A DNA stretch of 64,000 nucleotides from Octopus sinensis (taxonomy: Eukaryota). The position numbers were made by a program, and so were the translations under genes. Location: contig NC_042997.1 of the NCBI RefSeq assembly GCF_006345805.1, positions 131,068,001 through 131,132,000 of the forward strand. The letters are read 5' to 3'. Shown piece after piece: positions 49,084 through 62,845 of this stretch; the first letter of the stretch is position 1; each line of letters opens with the position of its first letter. The notes under the pieces were generated by a model that made no database searches, had not been told where the DNA came from, and saw only the letters and a list, made by a program, of their open reading frames with translations.

Positions 49084-50093
49084 CTTATGTACCTACATGC
49101 CTACCTACCTACCCATCCCCCCCACACACACACACACCTACCTACCTACCTACATACCTACCTATCTAACCATTCTCATTTCTGCATTCATTAAAAAAAA
49201 TCAGCGAAGGAGTGAAAAATTTCAAACATTTTTTTGCATCATGTGTATTTTTTCCTCTATCTTTATAATTGTTAAGATTTTATATATTAGAATATATAAA
49301 TAAACATCATGACACCAACGGCATATGCCTCTACGTGGTTGCTCGACTTGCTAGAAATAGCAGCTATATCTTCCAATCATCCGCTATCATATCAAATAAA
49401 GAAAGAACATTCACTATAATAAAAAAAAAGCTGTCAATTAGTTGAATTTGTGTTACTTTTACAAAAAGAAAGAAATTATTAAAGTCGAGAATGTCTGGTA
49501 AATTCTTATAAATTCCAATTTTGATAATTTTTTTTATATCAAGATGCAAATTTCAAATTTCTTTTATTATGAAGAATCAAGTACTCGCTTCAATCACAAT
49601 ATAGTTTTTATTCACTGCAACATACCCCCTCTCTCTCCCTTTCTCTCTCAGTCGCTTGTATTAACTAACATAGTTCTAATTACTTATCTCTAAAATAACA
49701 GGATGATCACATTTGGAATAGATTTAATAGCTCAACTTTTTCAGGATTGATCTGAGGCTTAGAACAAATTTTGTTATTTTCCTACGTGCATGCCATGTCA
49801 GGGATATGGAGAAAACATTTAGGGAAGAGATGAGATATATAGGAAATACTTGAATATTGAAGAAAGAGGAATCATTGAAATATAAAAGTATTTAAGAGGA
49901 ATCATTAAAGTATAAAGCCTTATTTTGACTGAGCCAAAGAGGTAAGCTACTATAAATCGGCACAAACTTTCCAGACAACCCAATACAAGTCCACTTATGG
50001 TCTTCAGTCACATAGATACACACCATGGGATAGTGTTGTTTGTAGCAGCTCATCTTACTGTTAATTGTTGATTGTTCCAAAAGATTTGCTGAT

Positions 50094-51003
50094 AGGTGTA
50101 GGAGTGGCCATGTGATAAGCAGCTTGCTTCCCAACCATATGGTTCTGGGTTCAGTCTCACTGTGTGGCACCTTGGGCAAGTGTCTTCTACTGTAGCCAAA
50201 ACCTTGTGAGTGGATTTAGTAGATGGAAACTGAGAGAAGCCCATCGTATATATTACAGACAATGGGCTATATACCTATTGTAATTTAGTCATCCATAGTC
50301 TGATATGATATTTCGGAATAATATTCCTTTTTCTTTTGAAAGTGTCTCAGCAGTGGTCTCATGATGCTCCTTCTGGAATTTCTCATGAGAAGTGCATGAA
50401 GTTGGCCATGTCTCAATCTTGTCTGTGCTGGTACATCCATAGCACTGATTGAGACATGGCTAACCTCACATACTTCTCATGAGGAATTCCAAAAGGAGCA
50501 TCATGAGACCGCTGCTGAACCGCTTCAAAAAAATTTAAAAAGAAAAGAAAAAAGAAAAGCCGTTGGAAAACCGATTATAACAGTGATTCCATCTATGAAT
50601 ATTTGAAGGACGAATATTATTCCGAAATATCATATCAGACTATAGATGACTAAATTACAACAGGTATATAGCCCATTGTCTGTATTATGTGCATTGCTGT
50701 ACCATTCAAAACATTTTATTCTTTACAAACAATACACAATGCTTCAAGCGAACTACAATACTTTCCTATATAAATATCTATGTGTGTGTGTCTTTGTGTC
50801 TGTGTTTCTCCCCCCACCCCTTACAACCAGTGTTGGTATGTTTACATCCCCATAACTTAGCAGTCCAGCATAGAGATTGATAGAATAAGTACCAGGCTTC
50901 TAAAACTGGGGTTGATCCATTCAGTTAAATATTCTTCAAGGTGGTGCCCCAGCATGGCCGCAGTCTAATGACTGAAACAGGTGAAAGATAATAGATAAAA
51001 GAT
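50094..51003 (+). mobile_element. SINE family A split by a MITE
   Basis: Head at 50094-50250 and tail at ~50775-51003. Confidence 0.82.
50256..50682. mobile_element. Tc1/mariner-type MITE (TA TSD) with internal long hairpin
   Basis: TA|CAGACAATGGGC...GCCCATTGTCTG|TA; ~75-bp TIRs; a second inverted repeat at ~50340-50530. Confidence 0.9.
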
Positions 51004-51361
51004 ACAAGACAACCAAGTCAGCACTGATTATTAAAGAAGACACAGCCTGGGTCTGAAGTGGGTTTTAGAGACATGCTTTAACAAAAGCTAAGGGATACCT
51101 CACTCCCTGTGGTCTTCCAGCATACTGGATGCCAACCGAGAATTTCTGAGAGCCCTTGCTTTTGCCAGATAGTCGTTAAACCTCACCTAGGTTCATCTGT
51201 CTTTTTAAAAGGTCTTGTTTTTAGTCCTGCTGGGTTTCTAGCAACCCTTTATTGGATGGTCATTGACTTTCCAAATTCATCTGCTTTTTGACAAGACGTG
51301 TTCTTCACCCTACAGGGTATCCAAACTCACTTCACCAAAGAAGCTTCATGTTGTTTCCAGT

Positions 51362-51813
51362 TTCTTATTTGGTTACTGGCCACAGGGGGCTACACACAGA
51401 GGGGACAAACAAGGACAGACAAACGGATTAAATTGATTATATCAACCCCAGTGCATAAGTGGTACTTATTTAATCGACCCCAGTGTATAACTGGTACTTA
51501 TTTAATCGACCCTGAAAGGATGAAAGGCAAAGTTGACCTCGGCGGAATTTGAACTTAGAATGTAGAGGCAGACGAAATACCTATTTCTTTACTACCCACA
51601 AGGGGCTAAACACAGAGAGGACAAACAAGGACAGACAAATGGATTAAGTCGATTATATCAACCCCAGTGCGTAACTGGTACTTATTTAATCGACTCCGAA
51701 AGGATGAAAGGCAAAGTCGACCTCGGTGGAATTTGAACTCGGAACGTAGCAGCAGACGAAATACTGCTAAGCATTTCGCCCGGCGTGCTAACGTTTCTGC
51801 CAGCTCACTGCCT
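51362..51813 (-). mobile_element. SINE family B dimer with internal tandem duplication
   Basis: Junction aaagaaatag|gtatttcgtctgc at ~51581; tgttgtttcca near both ends. Confidence 0.85.
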
Positions 51814-52138
51814 TACTTGTTGTTTCCATTTTAGCCATCACTGACCCTACCATGCAATGGTAATCTGGCACTTCAACACAGCAGAAATGGATGTAAGAAG
51901 GGATAGAAGGCAACTCTAAGTCAAGTAAAAAAAAATAGCAATAAAAGTCAAAAGTCAATACACTGTACACAGAATAAACACACACACATGAAAAGTTGGA
52001 GCAATGTTCACTGGTACTTTATTTTATTAACACTGGAAGGGTGAAAGTTAAAGCTGCCCTCAGTGGCACTTGAACCCAAAATATAAAGGGCTCTAACTAT
52101 TTTGTCTCATCTTCAAGCAATTTTACCAATCCAATTTC

Positions 52139-52254
52139 TAGTGGCTGTGTGGTAAAGAGTTTGCTTCCCAAACACATTGTTCCAGGTTCAGTCCCACTGC
52201 ATGGCACCTTAGGCAAGTGTCCTCTACTATAGCTTGGGCTGACCAAATCCACTC

Positions 52255-52290
<36 letters not shown>

Positions 52291-52525
52291 CTGTGTGTGT
52301 ATCTTTGAGTCTGTGTTTGCTGCCACCACTACTTCACAACCAATCTTGGTTTGTTTACATCCCTGTAACTTAATGGTTCAACAAAAGAGACTGATAGAAT
52401 AAGTATCAGGCTTTAAAAAGAAAAAGTGCCAGGGTTGATTCATTCATCTAAAAATTCTTTAAGGGGATGCTCCAGCATGGCCGCAGTCTAGTGTTTGAAA
52501 CAAATAAAAGATTAAAAATAAAAGA
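52139..52525 (+). mobile_element. SINE family A
   Basis: Homology to the family A consensus. Confidence 0.82.
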
Positions 52526-52807
52526 TATGCACAGGACCAGAAATTTGAGGGGAAATAGTTTATTGGTCATTTATTTTATTGAATAGAACAAGATTAATAT
52601 GAAATCAGCTTCTGGCTAACTTTGGGAACAATATGAAATCTATTGATTTCAATTTACCTGCAGTTAACTTGTGATGTAGGTAGCTCGTAGACTTTGTATT
52701 GGATCTGTCTTTTGCAATAAAAAAAAGTTACAGCCAAAGCAGAGCTGTGTTGGCTAAAACAAACTACAAATACCCATGGATAAATGAATTAATAAATAAA
52801 TATTCAT

Positions 52808-52964
52808 AGGTGCAGGAGTGGCTGTGTGGTAAGTAGCTTGCTTACCAACCACATGGTCTTGGGTTCAGTCCCACTGCATGGCACCCTGGGCAAATGTCTT
52901 CTACTATAGCCTTGGATCGACCAAAGTGAGTGGATTTGGTAGACGGAAACTGAAAGAAGCCTGT

Positions 52965-52998
<34 letters not shown>

Positions 52999-53275
52999 CA
53001 TATGTATATGTTTGTGTGTCTGTATTTGTCTCCCATCACCATCACTTGACAACTGATGTTGGTGTGTTTACATCCCCGTAACTTAGCAGTTCGGCAAAAG
53101 AGACTGATAGAATAAATACTAGGCTTACAAAGAATAAGTTGATATGTTCAACTAAAGGTTCAACTGAGGTTGACATGTTCAACTAAAGGTTCAACTGAGG
53201 TTGACATGTTCAACTAAAGGTGGTGCTCCAGCATGGCCACAGTCAAATGACTTAAACAAATAAAAGAATAAAAGA
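52808..53275 (+). mobile_element. SINE family A with a 31-bp tandem expansion (53138-53220)
   Basis: gttga(t/c)atgttcaactaaaggttcaactgag x2.7 inside the tail. Confidence 0.88.
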
Positions 53276-53339
53276 ATATACATGTTCTGTATGCATGCAT
53301 GTGTCTATGTGTGTGTATGTATATATATGAGGAATTATG

Positions 53340-54272
53340 ATAAATACAAGTTTATATCATTTGTGTGCGTTGTCACATAAAAGCTCCCAACACTCTCTCT
53401 AAAGTGGTTGGCATTAAGAAGAGCTTCCATAGAAATCAACCTTTGAAGACTGGGCCTGCTGGAGACAAAGTGGCCAAGTTCCTTTTGAGCACTGGGCCTC
53501 ATGGAGGCAAAGTGACTGAGTTCCTTTTGTGTGTTGGGCCTAACGGACGTAATGATGGAAACTTGAGAAGAAGACCCATCAAGTTGAGCAAAATCACAGT
53601 TGTTGCAGATACCAGTGTCATGCAAATGACACCCATGCTGGTGGTACATAAAAGCAACCATATACTCTTGGAGTGGTTGGTATTAGGAAGGGCATCCAGC
53701 TGTAGAAAACCATGACAAAACAGCCTGGAGTCTGGTGCAGCCTTCCAGCATGCCAGCCCTATCACACTGTGCAACTCATGCCAGCATGGACAATGGACAT
53801 TAAATACCAAATCAGACTGAGTTTTGTTGCAGCTCCCCAGATTGCCAACTCTGGTCAAACTGTTCCACCCATGCTAGCATGGACAATGGATGTTAAATGA
53901 TATATATATATATATATATATAAAATCAAAGGATAGAATCATTAAAATTAATGAATTTTATCAGTGGCCAGCATATAAAAATAATTTTACCTAAAAAGTT
54001 ATATATCTATATATATATATATGGCCTTCGTGCCGGTGGCACGTAAAAAGCATCAACTGATCGTGGACATTGCCAGCCTCACCTGGTACCATGCCGGTGG
54101 CATGTAAAGAGTACCCACTACACTCACGGAGTGGTTGGCGTTAGGAAGAACATCCAGCTGTAGAAACACTGCCAGATCAGACTGGGCCTGGTGCAATCTC
54201 CTGGCTTCCCAGACCCCAGTCGAACTGTCCAACCCATGCTAGCATGGAAAGCGGACGTTAAACGATGATGAT
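53340..54272 (+). mobile_element. Two RTE-3'-end-derived repeats (family D)
   Basis: gtggttggcgttaggaagggcatccagctgtagaaac core and (GAT)n-type tail; homologous to the 3' UTR at 62846-63110. Confidence 0.75.
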
Positions 54273-54319
54273 ATATATATTATATATATATATATATTAT
54301 ATATATATATATATATATT

Positions 54320-55079
54320 CGTAAATATAAGAGAGTAACCACTATGTGGTCGACTCTAGCACTAGAAATAGATCCGCTAGGTTTCAGCCACGAAGAATTG
54401 TTTCCAATGAAAGTTAGCACGACTACTAGCGTAAACGCCAAGTCGACTACATAGTGGTTACTCTCTTATATTTGCGTATAAAATTTATTGTATTCCTGGT
54501 TTTTATGCACTAAGCCACTTGGTGTTAAATGGATGTACTATTAAATTAGTATCCAATTTTCTCACCCTTATTAGTTGATTGTAATTATACTACATTTAAT
54601 TTTTGATGTTGTATCTGTTTCCGTGAATTTTGGCGGGCTGTGGCGGGGGCACTTGAATTATAACAGCGAATGCAATCGACTGAACCGCACGTGTGTTTAT
54701 CGTTATGGTAAAATCTGGCGTGCGGTTGAGTAAATTGTATTCTGGACGGGTTCGGCTGAGGAGCTACAGATATGTTATGTGAGTAAAATTACATAATTTA
54801 TTAATAGCGAAACAATTGTCCTGAACTAATCTGCATTTTTGTTATTTTTATTTGCCCTGTTCGTTTACGCTAGTAGTCGTGCTAACTTTCATCGGAAACA
54901 ATTCTTCGTGGCTGAAACCTAGCGGATCTATTTTTAGTGCTAGAGTTGACTACATAGTGGTTACTCTCTTATATTTACGTATAAAATTTATTGAATTCCT
55001 GGTTTTTATGCACTAAGCCACGTGTTAAATGGATGTACTATTAAATTAGTATCCAATTTTCTCACCCTTATTAGTTGAT
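54320..55079. mobile_element. Rearranged TIR element: 117-bp inverted ends plus a duplicated end-and-flank segment
   Basis: 54320-54436 is the reverse complement of 54863-54979; 54442-54579 is a direct repeat of 54945-55079. Confidence 0.8.
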
Positions 55080-55100
55080 ATATATACATATATATATATA

Positions 55101-55390
55101 TCATCATCATCGTTTAACGTCCGTTTTCCGTGCTAGCATGGGTGGATGGTTCGACCGGGGTCTGGGAAGCCAGGAGGCTGCACTAGGCTCCAGTCTGATC
55201 TGGCAATGTTTCTACAGCTGGATGCCTTTCCTAACGCCAACCACTCCGTGAGTGTAGCGGGTGCTTTTTATGTGCCACCGGCACAGGTGCCAGGGGAGAC
55301 TGGCAGCGGCCACGATCGGATGGTGCTTTTTACGTGCCACTGGCACAGAAGCCTCTCAAGGCGGCACTGGCATCAGCCACATTCGGATGA
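55101..55390 (-). mobile_element. Family D repeat
   Basis: catcatcgtttaacgtccg...ccaaccactccgtgagtgtag. Confidence 0.8.
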
Positions 55391-55498
55391 TAAGTGTATA
55401 TATATATTTGTGTGTGTGTGTGTATAATTGTATATATATATATATATACACACATATATATATATATATGTAAGTATATATATATAAACGTATATCAT

Positions 55499-55530
<32 letters not shown>

Positions 55531-55802
55531 AGTGTGATGCCCACTAAATGGGCATACATTATGCTTTTAGTAGTCCCCTATGGTCTTACCACTAAGAAAA
55601 GATTGTTCTCAAGAGAATTCAGCAAATGCCAGAATTTTTCACCCTTATTATTTTTAATTTAAATTTATATATATATACATATATATATATATATGTAGAT
55701 AGATAGAGAGATAGATATAAATTTCAAGCTGTATAACGACTTTGTTTAAACTTGTCCCTCACACCTTATCTTTTTCTTGTTGTTGCTCATTGCATCATGC
55801 AC

Positions 55803-55847
<45 letters not shown>

Positions 55848-56712
55848 CTTTACCCTTTATATATATTATATAAATGTGTGTGTGTGTGTGTGTGTGCGTA
55901 AGATGTCATACTGAATACAGCTCTTCAAATTAAATGGTTTTATTAATATTGTATTTCACTTCAGTTTGAAACCAGTTAGTTAGACAGTTTTTAATTAATA
56001 AATTAATAGATAAATAAATTAATTGCCTTGTTTCAGTTGATTTTTGCAGCCTCTATCTTCCTAAGGAGCATTATTGTTTCATGCATACAAATACATAAAT
56101 GTCTGTGCATAAGTTTGTGTATGTGATTGTGCATGTGTGTATATGCGTGTGTCTATGTGTGTGTGTGTGCGTGCATGTGTGTATGTGTGTGTGTGTTTGT
56201 GTGTGTGTGTGCGTGCGTGCATGTGTTTTTGTGTGTGTGTGCATCTACCACCTGGTCATTTCAGCCCACATGGTTCTGCTAAGTGTCCGTGTTGGCTGGT
56301 ATGTTCACTGTAACACACACACACATATACATATGCACATGCACACACATGCACATACACACGCACACATGCATACCATCATCATCATCTTCATCATCAC
56401 AACAGCAGCATTGTTGTTTTAAAGCACACTTTTCCATGCTCGCATGAGCCAAACAGAATTTGTTGAGGAAAATTTTCTCTGAATGAGTGCTCTTCCTGTT
56501 GCTAACCCTCACCTGTTTCCAAGTAAAGTAATGTTTTTCAGTGGTAGCTTTGTTTTCACAGAAGATTGAAAATGAATAACACTGCCTATATAACAATGAC
56601 TCTCATTTACAACTATCATGTGGTGTCAATACATAAGAGACAAACACATATACAAATATACATTTGTACATACACATTGACACACATATGAAAACTTCCA
56701 CACACACGCACT

Positions 56713-56756
<44 letters not shown>

Positions 56757-56769
56757 CACACACCACACA

Positions 56770-56803
<34 letters not shown>

Positions 56804-56810
56804 CACACAG

Positions 56811-59432
56811 TGTGGCTGTGGGGTAAAGCATTTGCTTCCCAACCACATGGTTCTGGGTTCAGTCCCAGAATGTCGCATCTTGGGCAAATGTTTTCTACTG
56901 TATCCCCTAGCCAACCAAAGCCTTGTGAGTAGATTTGGATGGTGGAAACTGAGAGAAGCCCATCTATATATATATATATACAAAAATATATATATACATA
57001 TATATATATACAAAAAAAAATATATATATATATATACACATACATATCTATCTATCTATCTATTTATCTACCTATCTACCTTTCTACCTATTTACTGAAA
57101 TAGAATAGAGGGAGACCTAGTTAAGAAATTAGAGGTTGGCACTTGTCTTTGAGAAACTGGTCGACAAGGTGCAAACATGTGTCGTGCCAGGCAATAGTAT
57201 CCATGAGAACATTCATCTAATGCACTACATCATAGGGTAGTTAAGGAACCTGGCACAGGTGGAGCGCCGATCAATTTGGATCAATCAAAAGCTGTCGATA
57301 GGGTTGACTATTTCTACTTGGAGGCTATCCTTAGAGCGACTGGTTTTGGTCCCATCTTCCGGAGTTGGATTGCTGCCTTATACAGCGGCATCCATTTGGA
57401 AGTTCGTGTAAATCGTCATATGTCCAGACCATTTAACATCATGCATTCAGTCTGTCAAGGGGTATTGCGTGAGAACTGGGATGCAGGAGGAGTATGTCTG
57501 CATACATGGACGATGTCACCATGATAGTGTTGAGCCACTGGCATATCAATATCAACCTGGTCAGTGGGACACTAAAAGAATACAAAGTGGTAACGGGAGC
57601 AAAAATTAAACGGGAAAAGTCAGTGAGCTTGCGACTTGGCACCTGGAGAAGCAAACCCATGCTGTCCAACAGCATCTCCATTGTGAGATGCTGGACAGAC
57701 CGACCGGCTAAATTGCTCAGGGTCTGGTTTGGTCTGGACCTCCAAACGGAGAAGAACTGGGATGAGATAACAAATAGGGTGGCCACTCTCACCCAGCAAT
57801 GAGGCGAGAGGAAGCTATCTCTAAAACGTCGGGCGGAGGTGGCGAATGCGTGCATTGCATCCATAATCGATTACTGTCTGACTGTTGTGCCTTGTTCCGA
57901 TCCTACCATCACCAAACTGGAACGCATACTCTTCTGCTTTTTGTGGAAGGGAAGAGTCAGGCAATCCATTTGCTGTCAACACCCACTAAATGGAGGGCTG
58001 GGCATGCTGTGATTGATGATGCGCAGACATGCGCAGAGACTGTGACATCTCCAGTGATTCATAGACGACGGTGAACAGGTGTGGTTGCTCTTTGTGAGGC
58101 GTTTTTTCCCACAGCTTGTCTCTTTGGGCAAACTGCAGTCATGGATGAAACAGAGACCAAGGCTAGATGAATGGCACTGCGAGTGCCGCCTTGCTCTCAA
58201 GCAACTCTGCCATCCGGGACCAAACTTGTGCGACTTCAATCCCACAAAGGCTTTCTATAGAGGATTAGTGGAGGGGAGGTGCGATGAAGTCCTCGGGGAG
58301 AATCTGGGCATCAACGAGAAACCCCTGACTTGCCTGTTCAGGACAGCTTTCAAGCCAGGACCTATGAACAGTCATCAGAGATCACTGGCCTGGCAGTGCT
58401 GTTGGAAAACATTGCCAGTTCGAGATACACCAGACCAACTTGCTTGAGATGTGGTCAGAACAACGAAACCATTCTGCACGCACTCGTGCAGTGTCCAATC
58501 ATTTTCGACTTGTGCACTTATGCCAAATGGCTGCTGTCATGTGTGGGACGAATTTGGTTGTCGGCCAAGTCTATCATGAAAATTGCCCCACCACCTTCAC
58601 TTAACTGGGAAGGCAAGGCAGTTTTCATCATACTGCTGGCCATGGGGAAAGAATATGTGTGGACTCGAGTGAAAGGTTTAGAGATAAACACTTTCCTCTC
58701 TGGCCAATCATTCATCAACTTTTTCAAGGACCACTTGAAAAGGAAGGTGAGAATAGAGAGGCAAGTTTTGTCTCATTAAAGATTCAATAAAAGGTGGGTG
58801 AACGTAGCAAAGATGGTTTGCCTGAATGATGAAACCACTTTGAGCATTATCCTGTAAATCCAAAAGAGAGAGATAGAGCACTTTGCTCTCATGTGTTTTT
58901 TCCTTCCCTGCCTGAGGTTACTGTTGTCATTTTCATAGGCTTTTCTTTCTACGGATAAACCTAATCTGTTTTTTTACATTTTTACTCTGTTCTGTGATAC
59001 ATGATTCCTTTGATCAGAATTTTTTTTGGTAAATGATCCCTTTTGATCAGAATTTTTTCCTCCCTTTTTTTCTTTCTTCCTCTTTTTTCTTCCTTCGAAA
59101 AGAAAAACTCTACATTGTATTTTGTCCCCTCTACTTTAGGCCCTGTGTGGCTAATAAAGAAAGATATCTATCTATCTATCTATCTACCTTTCTATTTACC
59201 TTTCTCTCTCTCACTATCTATCTACCTTTCTATCTATATGTGTGTGTATATGTGTTTTTGTATATGTTTGTCTCCCACTACTGCTTGACAACTGGTATCG
59301 GTTTGGGTAAATCCCCATATCTTAGAAGTTTGGCAAAAGAGACTGATAGAATAAGTACCAAGCTTAAATAAAAAAAAAGTATTGTGGGTCGATTCGTTCA
59401 ATTAAAAACCTTTCAAGAGGGTGCCCCAGCCT
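56811..59432 (+). mobile_element. SINE family A split by a Tx1/L1 insertion
   Basis: Head at 56811-56965 and tail at 59225-59432. Confidence 0.75.
57130..59165 (+). mobile_element. 5'-truncated Tx1/L1-clade LINE (RT, CCHC knuckle, 3' UTR)
   Basis: LDQSKAVDRV, SVCQG, SAYMDDVT, FCFLWKG, CLRCGQNNETILHALVQCP; ORF2 ends ~58857; T-rich UTR, aataaa at ~59153, then (TATC)n. Confidence 0.9.
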
Positions 59433-60180
59433 GGGCTGGCAAGCCAGAGGACTGTACAAAGTTCCACTGCTTTGGCATGGGTTTTACAACTGGATGGCAA
59501 CCATTTTACAGAGAGGACTGGGAACTTTTTATGTAGCACCAGCAACAGTAATATGGATGTATACATGCATAGAAGCAATGTTTTTTATCAAAACTTTTGA
59601 CTCAATTCAGATAAAACCACTCCAGATATTTGTTAGAGTATCCATGTAAATGGAGCTGGGACAGGCTAGTTTGTAGTGGCACTGAGTTGTATAGATTATA
59701 ATGAACTACATATTATTGGTTTGACTTCATTATTATACTCTGTGTGTGTGTGTGTGCATGTATGTATGTATGTATGTATGCATGTATGTACGCATTTATG
59801 TATGCATGTATGTATACACTCACACATACATAGCTGTAGATTTAATGTTCTTGGTGAAATTTTCAGAAGTAAAAGTGAAGTTGCAAACATCACATACCCA
59901 GGGTAGAGCAATCATAGACTAATCAAATCCATAGCAGATATTTCAAAGCTAGGTAGTTGATCTAAGTAAGCATTATGACAACCATACCAAAATTAAAGAT
60001 GAGGATATAAAAACATCAAAAGTTACGTGAAAGCAAGACACATAAAAAATCTTGTTAGTTAGATAACCATGTGCACAAGCATGGCTGTGTGGGTGAGCTG
60101 TTTACTTACCAACCATGAGAACTTGAGTTCAGTCCCTGGGTGGCTTTGCTTTGAGTTGATCGTTGAGTTGTGAGTGAAAT

Positions 60181-60347
60181 GCGCAGGAGTGGCTGTGTGG
60201 TAAGTAGCTTGCTTACCAACCATGATTACAGGTTCATTCCCACTGTGTGGCTCCTAGGGCAAGTGTCTTCTACTATAGCTTCGGGCTGACCAAAGCCTTG
60301 TGAGGGGATTTGGTAGATGGAAACTGAAAGAAGCCTGTCGTATATAT

Positions 60348-60395
<48 letters not shown>

Positions 60396-60605
60396 ATATA
60401 TGTTTGTATCTGTGTTTGTCCCCCCCCAACATCGCTAGACAACCTATACTGGTATGTTTACGTCCCCATAACTTAGCAGTTCGGTAAAAGAGACCGATAG
60501 AATAAGTACTAGGCTTACAAAGAATAAGTCCTGAGGTTGATTTGTTCTACTAAAGGTGGTGCTCCAGCATAGCCACAGTCAAATGATTGAAACAAAAGAG
60601 AGAAA
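60181..60605 (+). mobile_element. SINE family A, full length
   Basis: Homology to the family A consensus. Confidence 0.9.
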
Positions 60606-61504
60606 GAGAGTAAAGAGATGGAAACTGTGCAGAAGCTTATTTAATGTGTGTGTATGTGTGTGTGTATGAGAAGCGTGGTGACAGTGACTTTGAAGTTTCA
60701 GCCTACTAGCCCACTTTGCTTTTCATCATTGTATGGTTTATGAAACAAAATACCATTTGAGCACCAAGGCTGCTAGTCTCAACTAACCCTAACCTTCTCT
60801 TCAACACTGCTTGCCTCATGTATAAATTAGAAACAATTATTTAAGTCATTAATTGTTGAATGTATTTGTTCCAGTTCTTTATTTTCAAAGACAAGATGAT
60901 AACAGAGATATTATGTTTCCCTGATGAGATCTAATATATACAGAAACATGCCTGAAATTATTACTATCCGATGAAAAATCACACCTCCCATTGCATTATT
61001 TATAAAAAATTAAAATTAAATTAAATTAAATTAAACTTTGGGGTTGCCCCCTCTTCCTTTCTTGATTAAAATCTCTCATTAAGAAAATGATTTTTTTCTC
61101 TTTTCTAAGGCTGAAATTTTAATTAATCAAAATTTCTTCACTCAGCACATACACATTGTATTTTAGCTCCCATTTCTTTTATTTGTTTGCCATGCAGTAG
61201 GCACCCTTATATATTTTCCACCCTTGGCCATCACTCACTGCTAGCTAGTATCCTGCCAAGATGGAGATTTATCTCTTGTTCACTAAGTGCAACACACTTA
61301 AGATAAACATCAATTTTATGAGCATCTTACTATACTTATAGAGATATATAATTCATACGCAAGCCACTACAGTTTATGAAGATACACTTAAAGAGATTAT
61401 ACTTGAACAAAACACAATCTCAGGGCAGTGTACACTGAAGATAACATCATATCCCATTTGAAACACTAAATCTGCAATAGAAATGAATCTTCTTGAATTA
61501 TATT

Positions 61505-61860
61505 TCAAAATAACACCCATCTAACACCCGTGGACATGTTTACAAAGTCAGAAAACAGCACAGTTCCCATGACTTTTGGAAACATTTTTTCATGCTAAGA
61601 GTTGCTGAAGTATGGAACAAACTGCTGGCATCAGTTGTTAGTTGTCGGAGCACTGCATCTTTTAAAACTTCCATGCTTCCTGAGATTCGCCAACACTACA
61701 CCTGAATTTCTCTACTCCATACACACGCAAGCATCTATCTGACTCATACACTGTTCACTTCCCAGACATTTGTACATTACTGCATATGCTTTATACGCAC
61801 TTTTGACAAGTTGTGGTGCACCTGAGCACTGTATACAATAATTTCATTATTATTATTATT
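61505..61860 (+). mobile_element. CR1-clade LINE 3' end
   Basis: SNTRGHVYKVRK...KHFFMLRVAEVWNKL...SFK C-terminal motif, 3' UTR and (ATT)n tail. Confidence 0.82.
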
Positions 61861-62463
61861 TTATTTAGAAAGTTGGAAAAGTATAGTCATGTTTTGATAT
61901 ACTTTTTATTACACTATGACTCAAAAAGAAGCTGTTGCTCATCTATATATTCATTATACATGTACATACTTAGACACATGCTTCACAAATACAAACAATA
62001 TGAAGATAAAGCTTTTAGTGGAATTCTTATGACTAGTGCATTAAAAATTTTCAAATTAATTTGTCTTTTTCTGTTTGCATAAGATGCACTCGTACACATA
62101 TACCTATAGGTATGTAATGTATGTATATGCACACACACACACACACAATATATATATGTATATATATGTATAAATACATATATATACATATATGTATTTA
62201 TACACACACACACACACACATACATACATACACAATGCACACACATATGTACACACATATGCACAATTAGTGACTTGAATACTGAGAATAGAGTCGAATT
62301 TATTGTGAAGTTTGAATGACTAGGACTTAATATATATACACGTGTGAGTATGTATATATAAATATATGCATGTGTAATATATGTATATATATATATATAT
62401 GTTTGCTTGTTGTCTACACCACCTGTCTTCGTCTTTTGTTTTTTTTTGTGAATTCTGCCCCAG

Positions 62464-62522
<59 letters not shown>

Positions 62523-62751
62523 ATATATATAGTATATGTATATAAATTTATATAAATAAGGATAAGATCATTATTTAAATATTGAACTTATCAAGTGGCC
62601 AGCATAGGAATAAAAACCTTCAATGGTAATAATTATTATTAAAATCATAATTTAGGGTTTCTAAATTATAAATTGAAATAGCAGCCAAAACTTGACTCTA
62701 AAACCACATTAAAATTTTATTTATACACACACACACATATATATATATATA

Positions 62752-62806
<55 letters not shown>

Positions 62807-62845
62807 CGAGAGAGAAGAGAGAGAGAGAGAGAGAGAAGAGAGATA

